The translations under genes were made by a program, and so were the position numbers. DNA of 60,583 bases. Source: Candidatus Anderseniibacteriota bacterium (GTDB lineage: Bacteria > Patescibacteriota > Andersenbacteria > UBA10190). The DNA lies in assembly GCA_040876835.1 (NCBI GenBank), contig JBBDOX010000014.1, positions 1 to 60,583 of the forward strand, read 5' to 3'. The notes below the pieces were generated by a model. That model did not search any database. It had not been told where the DNA came from and saw nothing but the letters and a program-made list of their open reading frames with translations. Shown here in pieces: positions 38,413-47,082 of the stretch; position 1 is the first letter of the stretch, and the number at the start of each line of letters is the position of its first letter.

Positions 38413-38426
38413 CAGTACAGTCTTCT

Positions 38427-39479
38427 TTATATCGTCATCGGCAACTTCTGCCCTCGTAAAAACGCTGCTGCTTCTTCCGGCGGTGTCGGATTTATTTCCA
38501 GCCCTGTTCCCAGTTCAAAGCCGGCCCAGACAGTTAAGCGAGGCACGATTTGAATGTGCCAGCGGAAATTCGGGAACTCGTCTTTGTTACACACAAACCC
38601 CTGATCATCACAGGGGGCAGAATGAATATAGTAGTTATACGGGGGATCATTGAGGCCAGCGTATAGTTTGCCTAACGCCTGATGCATAATTTCAGCCAGC
38701 GCTTCTCGCTCTTCGGGGCCGATACTGTCAAAGAATGGATTCGATTTGCGCGGCATCACCCACATTTCAAAGGGAGCGCGGGAGGCAAACGGACAGAAAA
38801 CAGTGAAGTGTTCATTCTCCAGAACAATTCGCTTTTGTTCGGATCGCTCGTATTCCAGCAACACCGTAAATGCCCGCTTGTTGTTCTTGTCAGCAAATTG
38901 CTGGGCTCCATGAAGCAGAGCAGAAATATCTGTCGGCAACACCGGGACAGTAAAAATCTGAAAGTGGGGATGTTCCAGGGAGGCCCCCGCCTCCTTGCCG
39001 TGATTGCGGATAATCTGAATATAATTTACTGATGGCTTTACGCGCAGCTGGCGATAGCGCAGCACTAGCGCTTCCAGCTCGAGTGACAGCATCGCAGGAG
39101 GAACAAGTGCTTCGTGCTGGTTATGCCAGCGCGTAGCCAGCAACTCATGGTAGCCTACTGCTTCAGTGGATCGGTACGGACCGTTCATCCATGTCTTAAA
39201 TTCATCTTTAGGACGAAATGCCGGAAATTTATTACCAAAGATGTGAACCTGCCAGTGCTCGGGATCATCGGGTAATCGCAACACGTCGGGCTCCTGTGGG
39301 TACTTACCGAGATTACAAAAGGGGCAGTCCTCCTTGTATCGCGGCAGACGGGCGGGCGACATTTTTGTTTCATTAAAGTCATCCGGGCGTTTACTGCGCT
39401 CGGTGGCGATGACTACCCAGTTTTCGCTGATTGGATCCTGCCGCAGCTCGCCGGCACTACTGTTTGTCTGCTGTGTCAT
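38427..39479 (-). CDS. galT: Galactose-1-phosphate uridylyltransferase family protein
   Basis: CPFC zinc motif and SLEHPHFQIF (HxHxQ) active site. Confidence 0.8.
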   Translation of the reverse strand: MTQQTNSSAGELRQDPISENWVVIATERSKRPDDFNETKMSPARLPRYKEDCPFCNLGKYPQEPDVLRLPDDPEHWQVHIFGNKFPAFRPKDEFKTWMNGPYRSTEAVGYHELLATRWHNQHEALVPPAMLSLELEALVLRYRQLRVKPSVNYIQIIRNHGKEAGASLEHPHFQIFTVPVLPTDISALLHGAQQFADKNNKRAFTVLLEYERSEQKRIVLENEHFTVFCPFASRAPFEMWVMPRKSNPFFDSIGPEEREALAEIMHQALGKLYAGLNDPPYNYYIHSAPCDDQGFVCNKDEFPNFRWHIQIVPRLTVWAGFELGTGLEINPTPPEEAAAFLRGQKLPMTI

Positions 39480-40203
39480 ACACGCCTTTCCACATGTTCA
39501 TGCGCACTTGCACGACCTCTTTAAGTACATCTATGTATGCTTTCGTTGAAACTTTACTGTTAGGATCATTAATCCAGCGGATAGGCTGTTCGGATATCTT
39601 GTAATCCAGGCGTCGTGCCACGGCTAATGCCTCAACGTCAAATCCCCAACGGTCAATTGTAAGGCGCGGAAAGATATCATCAGAAGCTTTAGCAGTGAAG
39701 ACTTTAAAGCCGGCTTGAGTATCCTTAATGCCGGGTACGGCCCAGAACTGAATCCAGAGATTGCCCAGGTCGCCTAAAAGCTCCTTCCATTTAGCCTGGT
39801 GAACATCGATCTGAGCACCCTCAACGTCGCGGGATCCAATTACAGCGTCGTACCCCTGTGAGAATATTGGTAAGAACTTGGCAAAGTGATCAACTGTCGT
39901 AGAGTTATCAGCGTCCATAAAGAGACGATACTGACCGGTAGTATGGGTCATGCCGTACCGCACGGCGTAGCCCTTGCCGTGGTTTTTACCATATTGTAGG
40001 AGACGAACACGGCGATCAGTAATGGAAACTGCGCGCACCAGATCCGCCGTCTTGTCTTTAGAGCCGTCATCAACTACGGCTATCTCCCAGGTGTATTCCT
40101 GTTTATTAAGATAGGTGGTTACAGCCTTGAGAGTATGCGGCAGTCGCTGTTCCTCATTGTATGCCGGAATAACAACTGATAAAAAAATAGGATTGCTGAC
40201 CAT
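39457..40203 (-). CDS. Family 2 glycosyltransferase (polyprenyl-phosphate glycosyltransferase-like)
   Basis: LSVVIPAYNEE, VVDDGSKDKT, MDADNS (DxD). Confidence 0.8.
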   Translation of the reverse strand: MVSNPIFLSVVIPAYNEEQRLPHTLKAVTTYLNKQEYTWEIAVVDDGSKDKTADLVRAVSITDRRVRLLQYGKNHGKGYAVRYGMTHTTGQYRLFMDADNSTTVDHFAKFLPIFSQGYDAVIGSRDVEGAQIDVHQAKWKELLGDLGNLWIQFWAVPGIKDTQAGFKVFTAKASDDIFPRLTIDRWGFDVEALAVARRLDYKISEQPIRWINDPNSKVSTKAYIDVLKEVVQVRMNMWKGVYDTADKQ

Positions 40204-40239
40204 AGCCTTAGTATAGCGTAGAAAATCCGACCCGACTAT

Positions 40240-41094
40240 TTACGCGCTGGTATTCTTGCGTGGAGAAGCAGGCGCAGGAGAGGCCACGTGGCTATCGGTA
40301 GCCAGCTGTTCCAGTCCGAGTACGGCTAAAAAGCCCAAGACTGCGAATATGACGACTAAAACTAGAGAAGTATCAGCCGCTGTTATCTCATGCACAGCCA
40401 GGCGGAGAGAACCGATGATAACACCGATCAGAAAAGCTAGAGTAAGGGATTCGTAAGTAGCTAGTAGGCGCTTGAGGAAGTGTGCAAAACTGAAAAGGCC
40501 GACAGCGCATCCGAGCGAGAACACAATCAGTGTGGCAAACTCCCAGTTCTTTATGGCCGTTAGAACATACTCGTACTGTCCGAGAAATAGAAGAAGAAAA
40601 GATCCAGAGATTCCGGGTAGAATCATAGCCATAATCGCCACCATTCCGGAAAAGAATATAACAGGTAACGTATGGATCCCTTCAATTGGATTAAGTCCGA
40701 CAAACAGGTAGGCACATATGGCACCGATAAGGAGAGCAATTGCCTCACCTGCGCCTTTTCGCTTAAGTTTTCGGAAAAGAATATATCCAGAAACCGCAAT
40801 CAGTCCAAAGAAAAAGGCGAAGGTTGGACCCGAGTACTGTTCGAGTGCAATATGTACGATGCGCGAGAGAAGTAAAATTGAAGTCCCAATACCCAACCCC
40901 AGGGGGATAAAGAATGACCAGTTGATTGTTTTAATGGGATGACGGAGACGGACATCGGCAATTGCACCCAGAAGCTTTTCATAGATTCCCAGAATAAGCG
41001 CCATTGTCCCACCCGACACTCCCGGAACCACATCAGCTGCGCCCATAATGATACCCTTGAAGTATGTTTTCCACGCCTTATCCATACAGCCCAT
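40240..41094 (-). CDS. DUF368 family membrane protein (PopT-type undecaprenyl-phosphate translocase family)
   Basis: GAADVVPGVSGGTMALILGIYE and a second PGISGSFLLL repeat. An alternative ATG at 41085 is possible. Confidence 0.8.
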   Translation of the reverse strand: MGCMDKAWKTYFKGIIMGAADVVPGVSGGTMALILGIYEKLLGAIADVRLRHPIKTINWSFFIPLGLGIGTSILLLSRIVHIALEQYSGPTFAFFFGLIAVSGYILFRKLKRKGAGEAIALLIGAICAYLFVGLNPIEGIHTLPVIFFSGMVAIMAMILPGISGSFLLLFLGQYEYVLTAIKNWEFATLIVFSLGCAVGLFSFAHFLKRLLATYESLTLAFLIGVIIGSLRLAVHEITAADTSLVLVVIFAVLGFLAVLGLEQLATDSHVASPAPASPRKNTSA

Positions 41095-41112
41095 AATACG
41101 CGAGCTTGTCTT

Positions 41113-41156
41113 AAAAAGAAAAACCGCCGCATCGATTTTGATTCGAGGGGGGCGGT
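41113..41156 (-). terminator. Intrinsic terminator of gene 41163-41957
   Basis: Stem accgcc/ggcggt with an inner tcga stem. Minus-strand reading is followed by tttttcttttt. Confidence 0.6.
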
Positions 41157-41162
41157 AGCACC

Positions 41163-41957
41163 TTACTGTCCACTGGCCAGCTGAAGAGCAGTGATGACTG
41201 TGTAGGTCTGCTTCTCAGGTGCATCTCCCTTGCTGCCTTTCTGCCAGACCTGGTCTGTGAAAACCGTGGTGTTCTTCACATGTTCGGAAGTGGCTTCTGG
41301 GTATCGCAGGAGGGAGTAGAGGGTGAGCAGAGCCTGGATGTCTTTGTTGGCCCGCTGGGTCCAGGCGTCCTGGTGGCGTGTGACCGTGTAGGTGCACGTC
41401 CGATCACTTTGTGAGACGAATGTCATCGTGATCAGAGTAGTCTGGGCCCGCTGAGCGAACATCTGCTTCAGGGAGGAGTCAGGACAAACATCCTGCAAGT
41501 AGATCGTCAGCAGGTCTTCCCGCGACTTGTACCAGACTGCCTGATATGCTGTCCGGGCGTCTTCATCGATCTGGGCCGCAACTGGTTGCAGGGCGGCGTT
41601 TCCGACCCACAGCTCACCTGTTGCGTTGACTTGTTTTGCCATAGCCTCGCTGCTTGCCCGGATGACGATTGTCTTCACAGGCTGCGTGTACTTTGGCACG
41701 GCGTTGCCAGTGGAGAGAGTCACTGACGGAAGAGGTGCTTCGGGTTGAGGAAACTCAGCCGCGGTTTCCTCCAAGGTCCAGCCCACTTGAGTCAGGATCA
41801 CATGGTTGATCAGTTCGTGGTTCTCCAGATAGACCACGGACGGGATCAGGATGGCCATGAAGATCCACGTTCCCTTGCCGGGACTCCAGCCTGAAATGAG
41901 GAGGATCCTGTTCCAGACGCGATGGCGGATGTTGAATCGTCGCATGGGCATCTCCAT
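41163..41957 (-). CDS. Hypothetical N-terminally membrane-anchored protein; strongly G/C-ending codons
   Basis: 264-aa ORF with no recognisable motif. The likely start is the third ATG (41945), preceded by GGAG. Confidence 0.55.
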   Translation of the reverse strand: MEMPMRRFNIRHRVWNRILLISGWSPGKGTWIFMAILIPSVVYLENHELINHVILTQVGWTLEETAAEFPQPEAPLPSVTLSTGNAVPKYTQPVKTIVIRASSEAMAKQVNATGELWVGNAALQPVAAQIDEDARTAYQAVWYKSREDLLTIYLQDVCPDSSLKQMFAQRAQTTLITMTFVSQSDRTCTYTVTRHQDAWTQRANKDIQALLTLYSLLRYPEATSEHVKNTTVFTDQVWQKGSKGDAPEKQTYTVITALQLASGQ

Positions 41958-42065
41958 CAGAGGTGAGAGGGAGAGGAGAGAAGTGGCCGAACGGCCGAGA
42001 AGGGTGAGTTGAGAAGTGTACTTCTTTTACCGTAGACCCACGCCTGATTTGCCTGCAAGCGCATT

Positions 42066-42094
42066 TTGTGTCGAATGGAAGCAACGTATATACT
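42066..42094 (+). promoter_or_regulatory. Promoter positioned for a leaderless tpiA mRNA
   Basis: TTGTGT(42066-42071)-17 nt-TATACT(42089-42094)-6 nt-ATG(42101). Confidence 0.45.
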
Positions 42095-42100
42095 GCAGGT

Positions 42101-42868
42101 ATGACAAAGCAGAAATTGGTTGTAGGGAACTGGAAGATGGAATTGTCGAATAAGGCGACAGCGGAAATTACTCGAGCAATGAAAAACTTGGCAGCTGGTC
42201 AGAAATTTAAGGCCCAAGTAGTGGTGTGCCCGTCTTATCCTGACCTTCTAACGGTATCAACAGCGCTAAAAGGGACCGGGATTGAAATAGGAGCTCAGAA
42301 CATTCACGGTGAAGAGCGCGGACCATATACTGGACAAGTATCAGTAGTGCAGATCCAGTCGTATGTGCAGTGGTGTATCGTGGGCCATTCCGAAGTGCGA
42401 GCTCAAACAGGAGAAGACGATGCAGCTGTAACGGCTAAGGCGCAGTTATTATTTGCTCACAACATTACTCCGATTGTGTGTATTGGAGAGACGGCGGAAG
42501 AAAGAGATGGCGAGCAGACCGTCGAAAAAATCACGCACCAGGTCCAGACACTTCTGGCCACTATTCCGCGAACATCTTTTACAAAAATGGTTATCGCGTA
42601 TGAGCCGATCTGGGCTATTGGCACTGGTGTTACGCCAGAGCCTATCCAAGTATCAGAAATAGTTCTACTTATCCGTAAGCTCATCGCCGGTCGTTTTGAC
42701 AAAGCGGCAGCAGACCGAGTGCATATGTTGTATGGTGGTAGTGTGACGGCGGATAACATTGGCCAGTATGTGACTGAACCGGGAGTAGATGGAGTGCTGG
42801 TTGGCGGAGCCTCGACTCACCCGCGTGATTTCTTCCGGATTATTGAAGTCGTTCAATCCCCGACCTGA
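42101..42868 (+). CDS. tpiA: Triosephosphate isomerase
   Basis: KLVVGNWKM, VGHSEVR, AYEPIWAIGTG. The ORF opens at GTG 42068. Confidence 0.93.
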   Translation: MTKQKLVVGNWKMELSNKATAEITRAMKNLAAGQKFKAQVVVCPSYPDLLTVSTALKGTGIEIGAQNIHGEERGPYTGQVSVVQIQSYVQWCIVGHSEVRAQTGEDDAAVTAKAQLLFAHNITPIVCIGETAEERDGEQTVEKITHQVQTLLATIPRTSFTKMVIAYEPIWAIGTGVTPEPIQVSEIVLLIRKLIAGRFDKAAADRVHMLYGGSVTADNIGQYVTEPGVDGVLVGGASTHPRDFFRIIEVVQSPT

Positions 42869-42869
42869 T

Positions 42870-43742
42870 ATGCTTGTAAGGCCTCATCAGTTATTTTATG
42901 ACGCCCTGAAGGCCGATTACGCCATCGGTGCGTTTAACGTATCAAACATGGAGTTGGCCCAGGCCGTAGCTGCGGGCGCTGCGGCATGCAATTCTCCCGT
43001 GATCATTCAGACCTCTGAAGGAGCAATTGAATATGCCAGCCTTTCCATGATCAGTGAAATTATTAAAACCATGGCAGATGGGACAAGTGCGCCTGTTGTT
43101 ATGCACCTGGATCACGGCAAAAGCTTCAAGATGGCAAAGCAGTGTATTGAAGCCGGGTATACCTCAGTCATGATTGACATATCAACCAGTAATTTTGAGG
43201 AGAACATTCGAGTCACAAAGGAAGTAGTAGACTATGCCCATAGCCGCAAAGTATGGGTAGAGGCGGAGCTAGGAGCAATTGTAGGGAAAGAGGGAATCAA
43301 AGATCTTCACGGCAAGGGAACTCCGGATTCGTTTTTAACTCGTCCGGATCAGGCGCGGGAGTTCATTGAACGGACAAGCGTAGATGCACTCGCCGTATCA
43401 GTAGGAACAATTCATGGAGCATTTACCGGACAGGAATACATCCGCTTTGAACTGCTGCAGCAGATTCAAGAAGCGATTCCAAACATTCCGCTAGTTCTTC
43501 ACGGCGCTTCCGGCATTGCCGATGATCACCTAAGACAGGCAGTGGCAACACATGTCTGCAAAGTGAATGTTGATACAGAGCTGCGTATTGCCTTTGAAAA
43601 TGCGGTAAAGGCATACTTCACCGAACAGCACGACAGTGTTGATCCCCGAAAGATTATCGGTCCGGCGAGGGATGCGGTACAACAGGTGGTAGAACAGAAA
43701 ATAAAACTATTTGGTTCAAGTAATATGGCTAAGGTATACTAA
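42870..43742 (+). CDS. fba: Class II fructose-bisphosphate aldolase
   Basis: YAIGAFNV, HLDHG, VEAELG, SVGTIHG, LVLHGASG. The track ORF from 42789 overlaps tpiA. Confidence 0.9.
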   Translation: MLVRPHQLFYDALKADYAIGAFNVSNMELAQAVAAGAAACNSPVIIQTSEGAIEYASLSMISEIIKTMADGTSAPVVMHLDHGKSFKMAKQCIEAGYTSVMIDISTSNFEENIRVTKEVVDYAHSRKVWVEAELGAIVGKEGIKDLHGKGTPDSFLTRPDQAREFIERTSVDALAVSVGTIHGAFTGQEYIRFELLQQIQEAIPNIPLVLHGASGIADDHLRQAVATHVCKVNVDTELRIAFENAVKAYFTEQHDSVDPRKIIGPARDAVQQVVEQKIKLFGSSNMAKVY

Positions 43743-43753
43743 CCCCCACACAT

Positions 43754-44734
43754 ATGTATGATGTAATCGCTATTGGAGACACAACGCAGGATATCTTTTT
43801 GAAGATGAGTGAGGCTAGCCTGCAGTGCGATTTGGACGGAAAGAATTGTAAGATCTGCTTTGATTACGCTGATAAGATTGCGGTGGAGCAGAAAACAGAT
43901 ATTCCAGCAGTCGGTAATGCAGCTAATAATGCCATCGGGGTCAGCCGCTTGGGCTTAAAATCAGCTCTGTATACAGTTGTAGGCGACGATGATCAGGGTC
44001 ACAAGGCGCAGGAGGTTTTACAGAAAAATGGTGTTGATCCGGTATATGTGACGCACGACAAAGAGCATGGCACAAACCTTTCCATCGTTATTAACTACAA
44101 ATCAGAGCGCACGATATTTGTGTATCACGAACCGCGAGCCTATAAGCTGCCAGCCTTTGCTGAGACAAAATGGATCTACCTTACTTCCGCCTCTGGTGGC
44201 GGCGTAGATGCGTTGCATGAGCAGACGCTGGCGTATGTTCAGGCAAACCCGAGTGTTCAGATGGCCTTTAATCCGGGTACGCATCAAATTCATCTGGGAC
44301 GGGATGGGTTGCTGCCGTTGTTAAAAGAAACAGACATTCTGTTTTTGAATCGGGAAGAAAGTGCTGATGTCTTAGGAGTCAATACGACAGATATTAAAGA
44401 GCTAGCGCGTGGGTTTCATGATATCGGTGTGAAAATTATGGTTATCACCGATGGACCTGGCGGATCATATGTATCTGACGGCAAGCAGATATGGTACGCA
44501 GGTATTTTTGACGGACCGGTCCTGGAGCGTACTGGAGCAGGTGACAGTTACGGATCAGCCTTCCTCAGCGCTTTTATCAAAGGTAACGACATTCCAACAG
44601 CGATGTCGTGGGGGAACGCCAACTCTACGTCTGTTGTGCAGTATATTGGCGCTCGGGAGGGACTGCTGACTGAGGAGGCGCTTCATAAAATGATTGAAGA
44701 AAACGCAGCGGTAAAACCATCCCTTTACTCTTAA
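43754..44734 (+). CDS. PfkB-family carbohydrate kinase
   Basis: N-terminal GD..QD box, NAANNA, C-terminal TGAGDSYGSAF. Confidence 0.8.
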   Translation: MYDVIAIGDTTQDIFLKMSEASLQCDLDGKNCKICFDYADKIAVEQKTDIPAVGNAANNAIGVSRLGLKSALYTVVGDDDQGHKAQEVLQKNGVDPVYVTHDKEHGTNLSIVINYKSERTIFVYHEPRAYKLPAFAETKWIYLTSASGGGVDALHEQTLAYVQANPSVQMAFNPGTHQIHLGRDGLLPLLKETDILFLNREESADVLGVNTTDIKELARGFHDIGVKIMVITDGPGGSYVSDGKQIWYAGIFDGPVLERTGAGDSYGSAFLSAFIKGNDIPTAMSWGNANSTSVVQYIGAREGLLTEEALHKMIEENAAVKPSLYS

Positions 44735-44752
44735 TTCCTTTTTAGTAAGTGT

Positions 44753-45766
44753 ATGTCTGAGAAAGTGAAAGTTGCAATTAACGGATTTGGTCGAATTGGT
44801 CGGGCCGCCTTTAAAATTGCTTTGGCCAACGATGATGTAGATATTGTGGCGATTAACGATTTAGGAAACCTCGAAAACCTGGCGTATTTATTGCGGTACG
44901 ATACAGTCTATGGTCGCTATGCTCAGGAGATTGAGCTTCAGGAGGGGAAAATGATTGTGGGCGGACATGAAGTGGCAGTGTTTCAGGAAAAAGACCCCGC
45001 CGCTATTCCCTGGGGAGATCTGGGCGTGGATGTTGTTATTGAATCAACTGGAGTCTTTACAGAAGAAGAAGGAGCCCGCGGGCATCTGACTGGGGGAGCC
45101 AGAAAAGTAATTATTTCCGCTCCAACGAAAAGCGAGGGGCTGTCGACGGTGGTACTTGGGGTTAATGATAAGGAATTGGCTGGCAAGGATATTATTTCCA
45201 ATGCCTCCTGCACGACCAACTGTGCTGCTCCTGTTATGGCAGTTCTGCATAACGTGTTTGGTGTAGAAAAGGCTCTGTTGACTACGGCTCATGCATATAC
45301 CGCAACACAAAGTATTGTAGATGGACCGGCTAAGGATGATTTTCGTCGCGGCCGGGCAGCAGCTCAGAACATTATTCCAGCCTCAACAGGAGCGGCGATC
45401 GCAGCAACCAAGGCGCTACCTGACTTAGCCGGGAAATTCGATGGCGTTTCATTGCGTGTGCCGGTTCCGATTGTTTCTAATGCCGATATCGTCGCTTTAC
45501 TCAAAAAGGATGTGACGGTAGAAGAAGTAAATGACGCTTTTAGGGAGGCAGTTAGCAATCCCATATATCGCGGAGTTGTAGCTGTGACGGAAGAGGACAA
45601 TGTTTCTAGCGACTTTATCGGTGACCCACATTCGGCTATCGTTGATATTCAGATGACCCGGGTTGTCGGCGGTAATCTGGTTAAAGTGATGGCCTGGTAC
45701 GACAATGAGTGGGCTTACTCCAATCGGCTCATAGAGCAGGTGGTTGAGATAGGGAGAGAGGAATAA
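44753..45766 (+). CDS. gap: Glyceraldehyde-3-phosphate dehydrogenase
   Basis: VAINGFGRIGR, SNASCTTNC. Confidence 0.95.
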   Translation: MSEKVKVAINGFGRIGRAAFKIALANDDVDIVAINDLGNLENLAYLLRYDTVYGRYAQEIELQEGKMIVGGHEVAVFQEKDPAAIPWGDLGVDVVIESTGVFTEEEGARGHLTGGARKVIISAPTKSEGLSTVVLGVNDKELAGKDIISNASCTTNCAAPVMAVLHNVFGVEKALLTTAHAYTATQSIVDGPAKDDFRRGRAAAQNIIPASTGAAIAATKALPDLAGKFDGVSLRVPVPIVSNADIVALLKKDVTVEEVNDAFREAVSNPIYRGVVAVTEEDNVSSDFIGDPHSAIVDIQMTRVVGGNLVKVMAWYDNEWAYSNRLIEQVVEIGREE

Positions 45767-45781
45767 AGCGAGTTACCCGTT

Positions 45782-46981
45782 ATGCCTACCCATAATTCTG
45801 GCAATAACGGCCATATTTTACGAACACTGGACGACCTTCCGATCGACGGAAAGCGAGTAATCGTGCGAGTTGATTTTAACATCAATGTCGGCACAGATGG
45901 GGTCATAGACGAAAATGAAGACTACCGTATTGAGGCGGCTCTACCTACCATTTATGAACTACAGCAGCGGCGTTGCAAAGTCCTCGTCTTAACGCATCTG
46001 GGCCGACCTGGGGAAGAGGACGGAAATTTTGACGTCACTCCCATCCGTCATCGTTTTGAGGACTTACTAAAAGAAGATGTACGGGAGTTGGCGAAGTTAT
46101 CAGGGAACGGAGTCGAGGCTGTTGTGACGAGTATGGAGCCGGGTAGTGTGGCTATGTATCCAAATATTCGGATTGAAGATCGGGAAATGTCTGTCAATCA
46201 GCGGTTCGGCCAGGAGCTGGCGGCTGTGGCCGAGGCTTATGTCAACGAGGCCTTCAGTGTATCTCACCGGACGCATACTTCAGTGGCACTGTTGCCGCAG
46301 CTCCTACCTAGTTGTGCAGGCCGACGCACGACGATGGAAGTGGAAAAGTTGCTAAAGTTAAAAAGGAATCCTCAGCATCCGTACGTGGCTATCGTCAGCG
46401 GAGCAAAGATTACGACCAAGGTCGGGATGCTACGTCAGTTGCTGGCTAAAGTTGATACGCTGTGTGTCGGCGGACAAATCGGCAACGTATTTGTGGCGGC
46501 TAAAGGTTTATGGAAGCACCATCCATTCGATGTGGATGAAATCGTGGTTGCGAAAGCAATACTGGATGCCGCCGGGGGAAAGCTCTTAATACCAGTTGAC
46601 GTTGTTATTGGGGGTTCTAAAGGAGAAAACAAACAGGTGGTCAGTGTTGATCAGATTCCGGAAGATGCCGGAGGGTTGTGGGATATAGGGCCACAATCAA
46701 CGCAGGCTATTATTAACGCATGCTCCACTGCTAAGTCGGTGATGTGGAATGGGCCGCTGGGGATGTTTGAAGTGGAGGCTTATGCTGACAGTACGCACCA
46801 ACTAGTCACTGAACTATCCAAGATGTCCGCCTATCGCGTGGTGGGTGGTGGCGACACTGCACATGCGCTAGAGCTATATAGGGCTACTAAGAAATATGAT
46901 CATGTATCAGTCGGGGGCGGGGCAATGGTTGCGTTCCTGGAAGGTAAACGTATGCCGGGCTTAGAGCCGCTGATGAGTTGA
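45782..46981 (+). CDS. pgk: Phosphoglycerate kinase
   Basis: RVDFNINV, AFSVSHR, VGGGDTA. Confidence 0.93.
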   Translation: MPTHNSGNNGHILRTLDDLPIDGKRVIVRVDFNINVGTDGVIDENEDYRIEAALPTIYELQQRRCKVLVLTHLGRPGEEDGNFDVTPIRHRFEDLLKEDVRELAKLSGNGVEAVVTSMEPGSVAMYPNIRIEDREMSVNQRFGQELAAVAEAYVNEAFSVSHRTHTSVALLPQLLPSCAGRRTTMEVEKLLKLKRNPQHPYVAIVSGAKITTKVGMLRQLLAKVDTLCVGGQIGNVFVAAKGLWKHHPFDVDEIVVAKAILDAAGGKLLIPVDVVIGGSKGENKQVVSVDQIPEDAGGLWDIGPQSTQAIINACSTAKSVMWNGPLGMFEVEAYADSTHQLVTELSKMSAYRVVGGGDTAHALELYRATKKYDHVSVGGGAMVAFLEGKRMPGLEPLMS

Positions 46982-47082
46982 CAAAATAATAGAAAAGTTC
47001 TATTAAAAAAGTGGTACTTTTCTTTCTATTGAGCAACGAGAGTTTTTCCATTCACGAGTGCGGGACCTTTCCTGCGGCTTTT

